From contig CAVWYO010000009.1 of assembly GCA_963759235.1 (NCBI GenBank), positions 90,499 to 154,498 on the forward strand: a DNA stretch of 64,000 bases. Direction: 5' to 3'. The notes below the pieces were generated by a model that saw nothing but the letters and a program-made list of their open reading frames with translations, was not told where the DNA came from and ran no database searches. This document shows, one piece after another, positions 42,143 through 53,283 of the stretch. The number at the start of each line of letters is the position of its first letter. Within the stretch, counting starts at the first letter, position 1. The translations under genes and the position numbers were made by a program. Origin of the DNA: an uncultured Alphaproteobacteria bacterium (GTDB taxonomy: Bacteria > Pseudomonadota > Alphaproteobacteria > Rhizobiales > Kaistiaceae).

Positions 42143-45100
42143 ATGGCCCTCGCGGCGGTCTCGCTCGGGGACAAATACGACCTCGGAAAGAGCCGCATTC
42201 TGCTGACCGGGACCCAGGCGGTCGTCCGGCTGGCGTTGATGCAGCAGGCTCGCGACCGGCGGATGGGCAAGCGCACGGCCGGCTACGTCACCGGCTATCG
42301 CGGCTCGCCGCTCGGCGGCCTGGACCAGCAGTTCGCCCGGGCGGCGGACGTTCTGGCGCCGACCGACATCGTCTTCCAGCCGGCGGTCAACGAAGATCTG
42401 GCGGCGACGGCGCTGTGGGGCTCGCAGCAGGCCGAAATGCGCGGCGAGGGGCGTTTCGACGGCGTGTTCGGCATGTGGTACGGCAAGGGGCCGGGCGTCG
42501 ATCGGTCGGGAGACGCCCTGAAACACGCCAATCTCGCCGGTACATCGCCGTGGGGCGGAGTCGTCGCGCTGATGGGCGACGACCACACCTGCGAATCCTC
42601 CACCACCGCCCATCAGTCGGAATATGCCTTCGTCGACGCGATGATCCCGATCCTGTCGCCGGCCGGCGTCCAGGAGATCCTCGACTACGGCCTGTTCGGC
42701 TTCGCGATGTCGCGATTCACGGGGCTGTGGATCGGGCTGAAATGCGTCAAGGACACCGTCGAGTCGACCGCCACGGTCGACGGATCCCTCGACCGCATGG
42801 CGACGATCATCCCCGGCGCCTTCAGGATGCCGGCCGGCGGCCTCAACATCCGTCCCCGCGACCACCCGAACGCGCAGGAAGAGCGGCTGCATGAGAGCAA
42901 GATTCCGGCGGCATTGTCGTTTCTGCGGGTCAATGTCCCCGACCGGCTCGTGCTGGCCGGCGGGCGCGAACCGCGCCTCGGCATCATCACCGCCGGCAAG
43001 AGCTATCTCGACGTCCTCCAGGCCCTCGACGATCTCGGCATCGACGAGACGCGGGCCGCCAATTTCGGCCTGAAGCTGCTCAAGCTCGCCTGCACCTGGC
43101 CGCTCGAGCCGCACATGATCCGCCACTTCGCCGGCCGGCTGGAGAAGATCCTCGTCGTCGAGGAAAAGCGCGGCCTGATCGAGGGGCAGGTCAAGGAGAT
43201 CCTCTACGGTACCCGCAACATGCCGGTCGTGGTCGGCAAGCATGACGAGGCCGGCGACTGGCTGCTGCCCTCCAAGGGCGCGCTCGATTCCAACCAGATC
43301 GCCATCGCCACCGGCGACCGCATTCTCGACCGGTCGCCGGAGGTGCAATTGGAGCGCAAGGTCGGCGGGCTGAAGGCGGCCGAGGAACGACTCGCCGCCG
43401 GCGGCGACATCGCCACCCGCGGCTACTATTTCTGTCCCGGCTGCCCGTACAACACCTCGACCGTCGTGCCGGAAGGCTCGCGCGCCTATGCCGGCATCGG
43501 CTGCCACTACATGGTCCAGCGGATGGAGCGGGCGACCGAGGGCTACACCCAGATGGGGGCCGAAGGAGCCAACTGGGTCGGCGAGGCGCCGTTCTCCAAG
43601 CGCCGGCACGTCTTCCAGAATATCGGCGACGGCACCTATAACCACTCCGGCAGCCTGGCGATCCGCGCCGCGGCGATCTCCGGCGTCAACATCACCTATC
43701 GGATCTACGTCAACGACGCTGTGGCGCTGACCGGCGGCCAGAAGGTCGACGGCGAGATGCGCGTCGACCAGATCGCCGCCGAGGTCAGGGCCGAGGGGGC
43801 CGGGCGCATCGCTATCGTTTCGGAGGATCCCGGCTGTTATCCGATCGCCGCGGCCTGGCCGATCGGCACGACCATTCACCATCGCGACGAGCTCGATGCG
43901 GTGCAGAAGGAGCTGGCGACGGCGGAAGGTCTGTCGGTCCTCATCTACGACCAGACCTGTGCGGCCGAGAAGCGCCGGCGCAGGAAGCGCGGCACGCTCG
44001 CCGATCCCGACCTGCGGGTCGTCATCAACGAACTGGTCTGCGAGGGCTGCGGCGATTGCGGCGTCCAGTCGAACTGCCTCGCCATTGCTCCGCTCGAAAC
44101 CGAGTTCGGCCGAAAGCGCACCATCGACCAGTCGAGCTGCAACAAGGACTTGTCCTGCCTCAAGGGGTTCTGTCCGAGCTTCGTCACTGTGCACGGCGCC
44201 CGTCCGCATCAGCGAAGCACCGACATCGATTTCGAGCTGCCGGAGCCCACCCTGCCGGCGATCGACGGCGACTATGCCATCCTGATCACCGGGGTCGGCG
44301 GCAGCGGCGTGGTCACCATCGGCGCGCTGATCGCGATGGCGGCGCATCTCGAAGGCAAGGGCACCGGCGTCATCGACATGGCCGGGCTTGCCCAGAAGGG
44401 CGGCCCGGTCACCAGCCATGTGCGCATCGCGTCGAGCCCCGCCGGCATCAAGGCGATCCGGGTTGCCGCCGCCGGCGCCGACGTGCTGCTCGCCTGCGAC
44501 ATGGTCGTGGCCGGTTCGGCCCGCGCGCTCGCGGCGATCAATCCCGGCGTGACGCGGGCCTTCGTCAACACCCACGAGACCTATCCGGGCGAGTTCACCC
44601 ACGACCCCGATTTCACCCTGCCGACGCGCCGCCTGATCCAGGCCATCGCCTCACGGACGGGCGGCGAGCGCACCCGGTCGATCGAGGCGACGCGGATCGC
44701 CGCCGCTCTCCTCGGCGATGCCATCGCGAGCAACATGTTCATGCTCGGACTGGCGGTGCAGGCGGGCGCCGTTCCGCTGTCGCCCGCCGCGATCGAGCGG
44801 GCGATCGAGTTGAACCGCGTCGAAGTCGCCATGAACCGGGCGGCGTTCGCCTGGGGACGGCGCGCGGCGATCGAGCCGGACGTGGTTGCCGGCATCGCCG
44901 ACCGCCTGTCCGGCCGCATCGTCGTGCCGGAGCGGCAAACCTTCGACGCCTTGCTGGAGCGCCGGATAAGCTTCCTCACCGGCTATCGGAATGAGGGCTT
45001 CGGCCGGCGTTACGCTGCCGCAGTCCAGCGCATCCGCGAAGTCGAGAAGCCGGCCTCGCCGGGACGCGACGAACTGGCGCGCGCCGCCGCCCATAACCTA

Positions 45101-45601
45101 TTCAAGCTGATGGCGACGAAGGACGAATACGAGGTGGCTCGCCTGTTCACCGACATGTCCTTCGAGCGGCAGCTCCGGCGCGAATTCGCGTCCTGGGAGA
45201 AGCTGGAGTTTCACTTGGCGCCGCCGCTTCTCGCCAAGCGCGACGCGGAAACCGGCCACCTCCTCAAGGCGAGCTACGGCCAGTGGATGCGGCGCGTCTT
45301 CCGCCTGCTCGCCGGCCTCAGGGGGCTGCGCGGCACGCCGTTCGATCCGTTCCGGTACTCGGCCGACCGGCGCCTGGAACGGCGGTTGCTTGCCGAATAC
45401 GAGGAAACGCTGCTCCTGATCGCCGAGCGGGTCAACAACGCCAATTACGCGGCGGCGGTTGCTCTCGCCCAATATCCGGAGAAAATTCGGGGCTACGGCC
45501 ATGTCAAAGCCGAAGCGGCCGGGAAGGCGACCGAAGAGGCGGCGCGCCGGCGCGAGGCGTTCCTTGCCGCCCGCGCCATGCCGGCGGAAGCTGCGGAGTA
45601 G
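42143..45601 (+). CDS. indolepyruvate ferredoxin oxidoreductase family protein (fused alpha/beta, 1152 aa)
   Basis: ATG 42143 follows GGGAGG. MALAAVSLGDKYDLGKSRILLTGTQAVVRLALMQ...; Fe-S cluster CPGCPYNTS and CEGCGDCGVQSNC; TPP-binding GDGTYNHSG. Confidence 0.9.
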   Translation: MALAAVSLGDKYDLGKSRILLTGTQAVVRLALMQQARDRRMGKRTAGYVTGYRGSPLGGLDQQFARAADVLAPTDIVFQPAVNEDLAATALWGSQQAEMRGEGRFDGVFGMWYGKGPGVDRSGDALKHANLAGTSPWGGVVALMGDDHTCESSTTAHQSEYAFVDAMIPILSPAGVQEILDYGLFGFAMSRFTGLWIGLKCVKDTVESTATVDGSLDRMATIIPGAFRMPAGGLNIRPRDHPNAQEERLHESKIPAALSFLRVNVPDRLVLAGGREPRLGIITAGKSYLDVLQALDDLGIDETRAANFGLKLLKLACTWPLEPHMIRHFAGRLEKILVVEEKRGLIEGQVKEILYGTRNMPVVVGKHDEAGDWLLPSKGALDSNQIAIATGDRILDRSPEVQLERKVGGLKAAEERLAAGGDIATRGYYFCPGCPYNTSTVVPEGSRAYAGIGCHYMVQRMERATEGYTQMGAEGANWVGEAPFSKRRHVFQNIGDGTYNHSGSLAIRAAAISGVNITYRIYVNDAVALTGGQKVDGEMRVDQIAAEVRAEGAGRIAIVSEDPGCYPIAAAWPIGTTIHHRDELDAVQKELATAEGLSVLIYDQTCAAEKRRRRKRGTLADPDLRVVINELVCEGCGDCGVQSNCLAIAPLETEFGRKRTIDQSSCNKDLSCLKGFCPSFVTVHGARPHQRSTDIDFELPEPTLPAIDGDYAILITGVGGSGVVTIGALIAMAAHLEGKGTGVIDMAGLAQKGGPVTSHVRIASSPAGIKAIRVAAAGADVLLACDMVVAGSARALAAINPGVTRAFVNTHETYPGEFTHDPDFTLPTRRLIQAIASRTGGERTRSIEATRIAAALLGDAIASNMFMLGLAVQAGAVPLSPAAIERAIELNRVEVAMNRAAFAWGRRAAIEPDVVAGIADRLSGRIVVPERQTFDALLERRISFLTGYRNEGFGRRYAAAVQRIREVEKPASPGRDELARAAAHNLFKLMATKDEYEVARLFTDMSFERQLRREFASWEKLEFHLAPPLLAKRDAETGHLLKASYGQWMRRVFRLLAGLRGLRGTPFDPFRYSADRRLERRLLAEYEETLLLIAERVNNANYAAAVALAQYPEKIRGYGHVKAEAAGKATEEAARRREAFLAARAMPAEAAE

Positions 45602-45676
45602 GTTGGGGACGGGGAGCCGGCCCCATTTCGAAGACCAACGGCACGATTCCGATCCGAGGTCAAAGGAGAACGCAAC

Positions 45677-47191
45677 ATGTCATCTTCCATCAGCAAGCTC
45701 GCCGCCGTGTTGCTCGGCGCAGCGGTCCTCGGTGCTTCAGCCGCGGCACCGGTCCGTGCCGAAATGGTCAAGCTGACCATCCTCGGGGTCGGCGACATCT
45801 ACAATTTCGAAGGGCCGAAGGACCGCGGGGGCTTCGCCCGGCTGAACGCGGTTGCCAAGGCCGAGAAGGCGAACAACCCGAACACCATCTACGTGTTCGA
45901 CGGCGACATGCTGTCGCCCTCGCTGCTGTCCGGCTTCGACAAGGGCGCCAATACCATCGAGCTCACCAACCTCGTCCCCTTCGATATCGCCGTTCCCGGT
46001 AATCACGAGTTCGACTTCGGCACCGACAACTTCCTCGACAAGATGAAGATGTCGAAATACCCGTGGGCCGCGATCAACCTTACCCACGCCGACGGCTCGC
46101 CGATCGACGGGCTCGGCGGCACGATGGTCAAGGACATCGGAGGCCTCAAGGTCGCGCTGGTTCCGGTGGCGCAGGATACGACGCCGCAGGTCTCCAGCCC
46201 CGGCGATTGGAAGTTCGGCGACACGGTCAAAACGGCGATCGACGGCGCCAAGGCGGCGCGCGCCGACGGCGCCGACCTGGTGATCGGCGTCATTCAAGGC
46301 GACCACGAATACGACCGCGAGATCATGGCGAGCCACGTCTTCGACGTGATCATCTCGGGCGACGACCACGATTACATGACCGGCTATGACGGCATCACCG
46401 CCTATGTCGAGACGTCGACCGAGGCGAAATATCTCAGCCCGCTCGACCTCGAGATCATGGTCACCGAGAAGGACGGCAAGCGTTCGGTTTCCTGGGAGCC
46501 GTCGTTCCGCTTCATCGACACCAAGACCGTGGTGCCCGATCCGGACACGCAGAAGATCGTCGACGATTTCAAGACCAAGCTCGACACCAGCCTCAATGTC
46601 GAGATCGGCGCGACGGTCGGGCCGCTCAACTCGCGGCGCAACGTGGTGCGCAGCGAAGAAGCGGCGATCGGCAATCTGATCGCCGACGCCATGCGCGGCG
46701 CCAACGGCGCCGACGTCGCCATCACCAATGGCGGCGGCATCCGCGCCGACCGGCAATACGACGCCGGCACGGTGCTCACGCGGAGGGATATCCTGACCGA
46801 ATTGCCGTTCGGCAACGTGACGGTGGTGACGGAGGTGACCGGCCAGCAACTCATCGACGCCCTGGAGAACGGCTTCAGCCAGGTCGAGGACGGCGCCGGG
46901 CGCTTCCCGCAGGTGTCGGGGCTCAAAATCGTCGTCGACCTCAAGCAGCCGCCGGGCACCCGCCTCATCTCGGTGATGGTCGGCGACAAGCTGCTCGACC
47001 CGAATGCGAAGTACAAGGTCGCCACCAACGACTTCATGCTCGGGGGCGGCGACGGCTACACCGCACTTGCCGGCGGCAAGGTGCTGATCGGTCCGAAGCA
47101 GGGCAACCTGATGGCCAGCGACGTCATCGACTACATCAGCGCGGCCGGCAAGGTCGACGCCAAGGTCGAAGGCCGGATCGTCGAGCAGTAG
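45677..47191 (+). CDS. bifunctional metallophosphatase/5'-nucleotidase (UshA family), secreted
   Basis: Signal peptide; metallophosphatase motifs GVGDIY, FDGDMLS, GNHEFDFG; C-terminal 5'-nucleotidase domain (AITNGGGIRAD, NDFMLGGGDGY). Confidence 0.9.
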   Translation: MSSSISKLAAVLLGAAVLGASAAAPVRAEMVKLTILGVGDIYNFEGPKDRGGFARLNAVAKAEKANNPNTIYVFDGDMLSPSLLSGFDKGANTIELTNLVPFDIAVPGNHEFDFGTDNFLDKMKMSKYPWAAINLTHADGSPIDGLGGTMVKDIGGLKVALVPVAQDTTPQVSSPGDWKFGDTVKTAIDGAKAARADGADLVIGVIQGDHEYDREIMASHVFDVIISGDDHDYMTGYDGITAYVETSTEAKYLSPLDLEIMVTEKDGKRSVSWEPSFRFIDTKTVVPDPDTQKIVDDFKTKLDTSLNVEIGATVGPLNSRRNVVRSEEAAIGNLIADAMRGANGADVAITNGGGIRADRQYDAGTVLTRRDILTELPFGNVTVVTEVTGQQLIDALENGFSQVEDGAGRFPQVSGLKIVVDLKQPPGTRLISVMVGDKLLDPNAKYKVATNDFMLGGGDGYTALAGGKVLIGPKQGNLMASDVIDYISAAGKVDAKVEGRIVEQ

Positions 47192-47412
47192 GTAGCCTCG
47201 AGGCGTGCGTGGGCGCGGTCGCGACTTTTCCGGCGACCCTCACTCGAGCCTCGTGCTCGGGCTCGTGGAACGGTACGACACGGCGGTGGCGCCGAATATG
47301 ACGGGAAGCCTTACCCGTCAGGCGGAGGGATTGGCGTATATGGTGCCGTCATGACGCAATCTTCGGCGAAGGAGGGCAATAGCCCAGGTTGGGTGCAGAA
47401 GAACGGCTGGCT

Positions 47413-48468
47413 ATGAGAGCTGAAATATCGACCGACCGGCCGCGCACCGCGCCCTCGCTTCCTCCGGACCACCCGGATGTCCGCTTCGGCAAGATCGGCG
47501 TGCTTCTCGCCAATCTCGGCTCGCCGTCGGGCACCGATTACTGGCCGATGCGCCGCTACCTCAAGGAATTTCTGTCGGACCGCCGGGTGATCGAGGTCGC
47601 CCGGCCGCTGTGGTGGCTGATCCTGAACGTCATCGTGCTCAACACCCGGCCGCAGAAATCGGGTCATGCCTATGCCACCGTCTGGAACAGGGAGCGGAAC
47701 GAAGCGCCGCTCATCACCATCACCCGCGCCCAGGCCGAGAAGCTCGGCACTCGCCTCGCCGGCGACGGCATCGTCGTCGACTGGGCGATGCGCTATGGCG
47801 CGCCGGCGATCGGCGAGCGGCTGAGGGGGCTGAAGGCGGCAGGCTGCGAACGCATCCTCGTCGCGCCGCTCTATCCGCAATACGCGGCGGCGACGACGGC
47901 GACCGCCAACGATGTCGCCTTCAAGGCCCTGCAAGCAATGCGCTGGCAGCCGGCGATCCGTACCCTGCCGCCCTATCACGACGATCCCGTCTATATCGCG
48001 GCGCTTGCCAATTCTCTCACGACGCATCTGGCGACGCTCGACTTCGAGCCGGAGGTCGTGCTCGCCTCGTTTCACGGCTTGCCGCGCGAATATCTCGACA
48101 AGGGCGATCCGTATCATTGCCACTGCCAGAAGACGACGCGGCTCCTCCGCGAGAAATTGGGCTGGCCGGAGGAACGGCTGCGGATCTGCTTCCAGTCACG
48201 CTTCGGCCGCGCCGAATGGCTGAAGCCGTATTTCGACGAAACCATCGCCGACCTTGCCGGGGGCGGCGTCAAGCGGCTCGCCGTGATCATGCCAGGCTTC
48301 TCGGCCGACTGTCTCGAGACGCTGGAGGAGATCGCCATCCGCGGCGGCGAGACCTTCCGCCAGCATGGCGGCGAACACTACGCCGCCATCCCTTGCCTCA
48401 ACGACAGCGAGGCCGGCATGCGGCTGATCGAGCACCTGGTGCGGCGCGAACTCGCCGGGTGGGTATGA
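47413..48468 (+). CDS. hemH: ferrochelatase
   Basis: IGVLLANLGSPSGTDYWPMRRYLKEFLSDRRVIE..., PLYPQYAAATTA, FHGLPREYLDKGDPYHCHCQKT, SFQSRFG..WLKPY. The start is set at ATG 47413. Confidence 0.9.
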   Translation: MRAEISTDRPRTAPSLPPDHPDVRFGKIGVLLANLGSPSGTDYWPMRRYLKEFLSDRRVIEVARPLWWLILNVIVLNTRPQKSGHAYATVWNRERNEAPLITITRAQAEKLGTRLAGDGIVVDWAMRYGAPAIGERLRGLKAAGCERILVAPLYPQYAAATTATANDVAFKALQAMRWQPAIRTLPPYHDDPVYIAALANSLTTHLATLDFEPEVVLASFHGLPREYLDKGDPYHCHCQKTTRLLREKLGWPEERLRICFQSRFGRAEWLKPYFDETIADLAGGGVKRLAVIMPGFSADCLETLEEIAIRGGETFRQHGGEHYAAIPCLNDSEAGMRLIEHLVRRELAGWV

Positions 48469-48629
48469 GTCCCCCTTAACCGTTCCGGTCCGATTTTTCT
48501 GGCCGAGGCCGAGACGGCTTCATACATGACGATACGCGAAAGACGGCCTTGCCGCGTGGCGGGCCGAAACCGCGCTAGACTGCGATTCCTGCCGCGAAAT
48601 GCGGCGTGATTCGGCAAGGAGGACAGAGC

Positions 48630-49598
48630 ATGTTCGGCTTCGACTGGGTCGTCATCGCGATTGTCGTACTCATCATTCTGGTGATCTTCGCCGGGATCAA
48701 GACCATTCCGCAAGGCTACAACTACACGGTCGAGCGCTTCGGCCGCTACACCAGGACGCTGACGCCGGGCCTCAGCCTGATCTTCCCGTTCATCGACCGC
48801 ATCGGCAGGAAGATGAACATGATGGAGCAGGTGCTCGACGTTCCGACCCAGGAGGTGATCACCCGCGACAACGCCACTGTCTCGGTTGACGGCATCGCCT
48901 TCTATCAGGTGCTCGCCGCCGCGCGCGCCGCCTATGAGGTGCGCGGTCTAGAGAACGCCATCCTGCAGCTGACCATGACCAATATCCGCACGGTCATGGG
49001 CTCGCTGGATCTCGACGAGCTCCTCTCCAAGCGCGACGAAATCAACGACCGCCTGCTGCGTGTCGTCGACGCGGCCGCCTCGCCGTGGGGCATCAAGATG
49101 ACCCGCATCGAGATCAAGGACATGACGCCGCCGCGCGACATCGTCGAGGCAATGGGGCGGCAGATGAAGGCCGAGCGCGAGAAGCGGGCGGTCATTCTCG
49201 ACGCCGAAGGATTGCGCCAGTCGCAGATCCTCAAGGCGGAAGGCGAGAAGCAGTCGCTGATCCTCCAGGCCGAGGGGCGCCGCGAGGCCGCCTTCCGCGA
49301 CGCCGAGGCGCGCGAGCGTCTGGCCGCGGCGGAGGCGATGGCAACCAAGGTGGTGTCCGAGGCGGTCGCCCAGGGCGACGTCCAGGCGCTCAACTATTTC
49401 GTCGCCCAGAAATACACCCAGGCGATCGAGTCGCTCGCCTCGGCGCCCAACCAGAAGGTGCTGATGCTGCCGGTCGAGGCGACCGCGCTGATCGGCTCGC
49501 TCACCGGCATAACCGAGCTCGCCAAGGCCTCGTTCGGCGAGGAGGCGGTCAGGCGGGCGACCGTCCGCGTGCCGACGACCGGCGGAGGCACGCCGTGA
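48630..49598 (+). CDS. SPFH/band-7 (stomatin/QmcA-like) protein
   Basis: ATG 48630 follows AAGGAGGA. An N-terminal TM, then IPQGYNYTVERFGRYTRTLTPGLSLIFPFIDR...TRDNATVSVDGIAFYQV. Confidence 0.9.
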   Translation: MFGFDWVVIAIVVLIILVIFAGIKTIPQGYNYTVERFGRYTRTLTPGLSLIFPFIDRIGRKMNMMEQVLDVPTQEVITRDNATVSVDGIAFYQVLAAARAAYEVRGLENAILQLTMTNIRTVMGSLDLDELLSKRDEINDRLLRVVDAAASPWGIKMTRIEIKDMTPPRDIVEAMGRQMKAEREKRAVILDAEGLRQSQILKAEGEKQSLILQAEGRREAAFRDAEARERLAAAEAMATKVVSEAVAQGDVQALNYFVAQKYTQAIESLASAPNQKVLMLPVEATALIGSLTGITELAKASFGEEAVRRATVRVPTTGGGTP

Positions 49599-50044
49599 TC
49601 GTCGACTTTGTCCGCGGCCTCGGCGCATGGGCGTGGATCATCGGCGGCGTGATCCTGCTCGCCCTCGAGATCGCGGCGCCGGGCAATGTCTTCATGTGGT
49701 TTGGTGTCGCGGCGGTGCTGACCGGCGTCCTGTCGCTGTTCACCGACCTTGGCTGGCAGATCGATCTCATCGTCTTCGGCGTCCTGTCGCTGATCCTGGT
49801 GATCGTCGGCCGCCGCTATTTCGCCCGCCGGTCGGAGAGCGCCGACCCGCTGCTCAACCGCCGCGCCGAAAGCCTGGTCGGCAGGGTCTATGTCCTCTCC
49901 GAGCCGATCGTCGGCGGGATCGGACGCGTCCGCGTCAACGATGCCAACTGGCGGATCAACGGGCCGGACCTTCCGTCCGGCACGCCGATCAAGGTCGTCG
50001 GCCATGACGGCGCCGTGTTGACCGTGGCCCGAGCCGAGAGCTGA
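49595..50044 (+). CDS. NfeD-family membrane protein
   Basis: The GTG overlaps the SPFH stop (GTGA). TM helices plus a C-terminal OB-like GRVRVNDANWRINGPDLPSGTPIKVVGHDGAVLTV. The SPFH-NfeD pairing is canonical. Confidence 0.8.
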   Translation: MIVDFVRGLGAWAWIIGGVILLALEIAAPGNVFMWFGVAAVLTGVLSLFTDLGWQIDLIVFGVLSLILVIVGRRYFARRSESADPLLNRRAESLVGRVYVLSEPIVGGIGRVRVNDANWRINGPDLPSGTPIKVVGHDGAVLTVARAES

Positions 50045-50077
50045 TCGGCGGCACCTCGGCCCGACAGGGCGACCGGG

Positions 50078-51100
50078 TCAGACGACGCCGATCCGCAGCA
50101 GGTCGTGCATGTGAACGATGCCGACCGGCTTGCCGTCGTCGACGACGAACAGGGCGGCGAACGGCCGCTCGGTCAGGTTCATCAGCGCCAGCGCTTCGCC
50201 GACCAGCGTCTTCGGCGATACCGACTTCGGCGCCGGGGTCATGATCTCGACGGCACGCTGGCCGAGGAGGCCGGGGCTCATGTGACGGCGAAGATCGCCG
50301 TCGGTGACGATCCCGACCAAGCTGCCGGCGGCGTCGACGATGCCGACGCAGCCGAAGCCCTTTTCCGATATGACCAGGATGGCATCGGACATCAGCGTGC
50401 CTTCCGCGACCAGCGGCACGGCGCCGGCGCCATGCATGATGTCGGACACCCGTCTGAGGTTGGCACCGAGCCTGCCGCCGGGATGGAAGGCGTGGAAGCT
50501 CTCCGCAGTGAACCCGCGGCTCTCGAGGAGCGCGATAGCCAGCGCGTCGCCGAGGGCAAGCTGCATCAGCGTCGAGGTGGTCGGCGCCAGGCCATGCGGA
50601 CAGGCCTCGGTGACCTGCGGCAAGAGGAGGACAATGTCGGACTGGCGGGCGAGCGAACTCTCAGATGCGGCGGTGATCGAAATCAGGCCGATGTCGAAAC
50701 GGCGCGAATACTCGACGAGCCCCCGCAGTTCGGCGGTCTCGCCCGACCACGACAGCGCCAGGACGACATCGTCGCGGGTGATCATGCCGAGGTCGCCGTG
50801 GCTTGCCTCCGACGGATGAACGAAGAAGGCGGGCGAGCCGGTCGAGGCGAGGGTCGCCGCGATCTTACGCCCGATATGGCCGCTCTTGCCGACGCCGCTG
50901 ACCACGACCCGTCCGGAGCAGCCATGGATCAGCGCGACAGCCTTGGCGAACGGCTCCGCCAGCCCGTTGTCAAGCGCCGCCTGCAACGCTACGAGCCCGG
51001 CGCGCTCGGTCTCGATCGTCCGCCGCGCCGAAGCGGCGCTGTCGGTACCCCGGCCGCGGGTCACCACCTCGACAATCCGCTTGCTTGAGTAGGTCGTCAA
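50078..51100 (-). CDS. kpsF: KpsF/GutQ-family arabinose-5-phosphate isomerase (SIS + tandem CBS)
   Basis: GRVVVSGVGKSGHIGRKIAATLASTGSPAFFVHPSEASHGDLGMI... and C-terminal CBS pairs. Confidence 0.85.
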   Translation of the reverse strand: MTTYSSKRIVEVVTRGRGTDSAASARRTIETERAGLVALQAALDNGLAEPFAKAVALIHGCSGRVVVSGVGKSGHIGRKIAATLASTGSPAFFVHPSEASHGDLGMITRDDVVLALSWSGETAELRGLVEYSRRFDIGLISITAASESSLARQSDIVLLLPQVTEACPHGLAPTTSTLMQLALGDALAIALLESRGFTAESFHAFHPGGRLGANLRRVSDIMHGAGAVPLVAEGTLMSDAILVISEKGFGCVGIVDAAGSLVGIVTDGDLRRHMSPGLLGQRAVEIMTPAPKSVSPKTLVGEALALMNLTERPFAALFVVDDGKPVGIVHMHDLLRIGVV

Positions 51101-51248
51101 AGCGCGCTCCGCCGATTCTTCCGGTTGGCAGTGTATCTAGCAGGTTTCCGTTCTGGGGAGAACGTCGGCTGCGCGGATCGCGCGACCAAGCCTAACTCTC
51201 GCCCGCCTTTCGGCAGAATTTCGCGCCCCTCTCCATAGATGGCCAGGG

Positions 51249-52133
51249 TCAGCGTCCGGCGGCCTTGAAAAGAGCGCGCGCCTCGGCGGTGAAGTCGTCG
51301 GCAAGGTCCGGGTGGTCAAGGGCAAACGCCACATTGGCGGCGAGAAAACCGAGCTTCGAGCCGCAATCGAAGGTGCGTCCCTTGAAGCGACAGGCGTAGA
51401 AGGGCTGGGATTCCATCAGTTTCAGCATGGCGTCGGTGATCTGGATCTCGTTGCCGGCGCCGCGCCGGCCTTCGGCGAGGATGGCGAAGATCTCCGGCTG
51501 CAGGATATAGCGCCCGTTGATGTAGAGGTTCGACGGCGCGTCGGCCGGGTCAGGCTTCTCGACCATGGTGGTCATCGGGAAAGCGTTGCCGATGGGTTCG
51601 CCGACGCCGACGATGCCGTAGCGGGCGGTGTCGGCGGGATCGCACTCCTCGACCGAGACGATGTTGCCGCCGGTCTCGCGATAGACCGCCATCATCTGCG
51701 AAAGGCAACCGGGCTCGCCGCGAGTGATCATGTCGGGCAGCAGCACCGCAAACGGCTCGTTGCCCACCAGTTCGCGGGCGCACCAGACGGCGTGGCCGAG
51801 GCCGAGCGGCTGGGGCTGGCGGGTGAAGCTCATGGTGCCGGGCTCGGGGCGGTCCCGGTCGAGTTCCTCCAGCGCCGCGGTGCGGCCGCGGGCTTTCAAG
51901 GTCGCCTCGAGCTCGTAGGCGATATCGAAATGATCCTCGAGGATGCCCTTGTTGCGGCCGGTGACCAGGATGAAGTGCTCGATGCCGGCGGCACGCGCCT
52001 CGTCGACGACGTATTGAATCACCGGGCGGTCGACGACGGTGAGCATCTCCTTCGGCATGGCCTTGGTCGCCGGCAGGAAACGGGTGCCGAGGCCGGCGAC
52101 GGGGAAAACTGCTTTGCGGACGGAAGATGGCAC
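51249..52133 (-). CDS. galU: UTP--glucose-1-phosphate uridylyltransferase
   Basis: [40 protein letters not shown]... is the canonical GalU N-terminus. Confidence 0.9.
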   Translation of the reverse strand: MPSSVRKAVFPVAGLGTRFLPATKAMPKEMLTVVDRPVIQYVVDEARAAGIEHFILVTGRNKGILEDHFDIAYELEATLKARGRTAALEELDRDRPEPGTMSFTRQPQPLGLGHAVWCARELVGNEPFAVLLPDMITRGEPGCLSQMMAVYRETGGNIVSVEECDPADTARYGIVGVGEPIGNAFPMTTMVEKPDPADAPSNLYINGRYILQPEIFAILAEGRRGAGNEIQITDAMLKLMESQPFYACRFKGRTFDCGSKLGFLAANVAFALDHPDLADDFTAEARALFKAAGR

Positions 52134-52293
52134 GTGGTGATCCTCATCTGTCGGGCGCCTTTCCAGGAACGCGTCCTCGCGGCCGATTGGGGTTTCAGGG
52201 GTTTACTCGCTTCCGAGACGAGCCGGTTTCTTTTTTAGCTCAAAACCTTACCGATTGGCTGCGCGCGTCGCGCGATTTCCGTATAAGCGCCTG

Positions 52294-53283
52294 ATGAGCA
52301 TCCTCGTCACCGGCGGCGCCGGTTATATCGGCAGTCACATGGTCTGGCATCTCGTCGATGCCGGCGAGAACGTCGTCGTCGTCGACAATCTCACCACCGG
52401 CTTCGACTGGGCGGTGGCGCCGGAAGCGAAGCTGTTCGAACGCGACTGCGGCGACCGCGAATCGATGGAAAGTCTCATTGCCGATCATCATGTCGATGCG
52501 ATCATCCACTTCGCCGGGTCCATCGTCGTTCCGGAATCGGTCGCCGATCCGCTCGGTTACTACCTCAACAACACGGTCAAGTCGCGGGCGCTGATCGAGG
52601 CGGCCGTGCGCGGCGGTGTCGGTCACTTCATCTTTTCCTCGACCGCGGCGGTCTACGGGACGCCGGCTGTCTATCCGGTGGCCGAGGACGCGCCGCTAAT
52701 GCCCGAATCGCCATACGGGCGCTCCAAGCTGATGACGGAGATGATGCTCGCCGACGCCGCGGCGGCGCACGGCTTCTCCTACGCGGCGCTGCGGTACTTC
52801 AACGTCGCCGGAGCGGACCCCAAGGGCCGCACCGGCCAATCGACCAAGGGCGCCACCCATCTCATCAAAGTCGCCTGCGAGGCGGCGCTCGGCAAGCGGA
52901 ACGGGGTCACCGTTTTCGGGACCGACTATCCGACGCCGGACGGCACCGGGGTGCGCGACTACATCCATGTGAGCGACCTGGTGACGGCGCATGCCGATGC
53001 ATTGCGCTACCTGCGCTCCGGCCAGCCGAGCCTGGTGGCGAATTGCGGCTATGGGCACGGATTCTCGGTGCTGGAGGTCATCGACACGGTGAAAAGGGTG
53101 TCCGGCCGTGATTTCCCCGTTGAAGTCGGTCCGCGCCGCCCCGGCGATCCCGCTGCGATCGTCGCCTCGCCGCAACGGATCATCGAGCGCCTCGGCTGGG
53201 ATGCACACTTCGACGACCTCGGCGTGATCGTCGAAACGGCGCTCAAGTGGGAAGAGGCGCTCAGCCGGCGAAACCGCCTCTAG
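52294..53283 (+). CDS. galE: UDP-glucose 4-epimerase
   Basis: ATG 52294. MSILVTGGAGYIGSH..., YGRSKLM (YxxxK), RYFNVAGADP, GTGVRDYIHVSDL. Confidence 0.9.
   Translation: MSILVTGGAGYIGSHMVWHLVDAGENVVVVDNLTTGFDWAVAPEAKLFERDCGDRESMESLIADHHVDAIIHFAGSIVVPESVADPLGYYLNNTVKSRALIEAAVRGGVGHFIFSSTAAVYGTPAVYPVAEDAPLMPESPYGRSKLMTEMMLADAAAAHGFSYAALRYFNVAGADPKGRTGQSTKGATHLIKVACEAALGKRNGVTVFGTDYPTPDGTGVRDYIHVSDLVTAHADALRYLRSGQPSLVANCGYGHGFSVLEVIDTVKRVSGRDFPVEVGPRRPGDPAAIVASPQRIIERLGWDAHFDDLGVIVETALKWEEALSRRNRL

Noticed and set aside
41279-44602. 1107-aa minus-strand ORF
   Set aside because: It is antisense to the indolepyruvate:ferredoxin oxidoreductase gene, whose plus-strand product carries Fe-S and TPP motifs. 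The minus product is R/G/A/D-rich low complexity.
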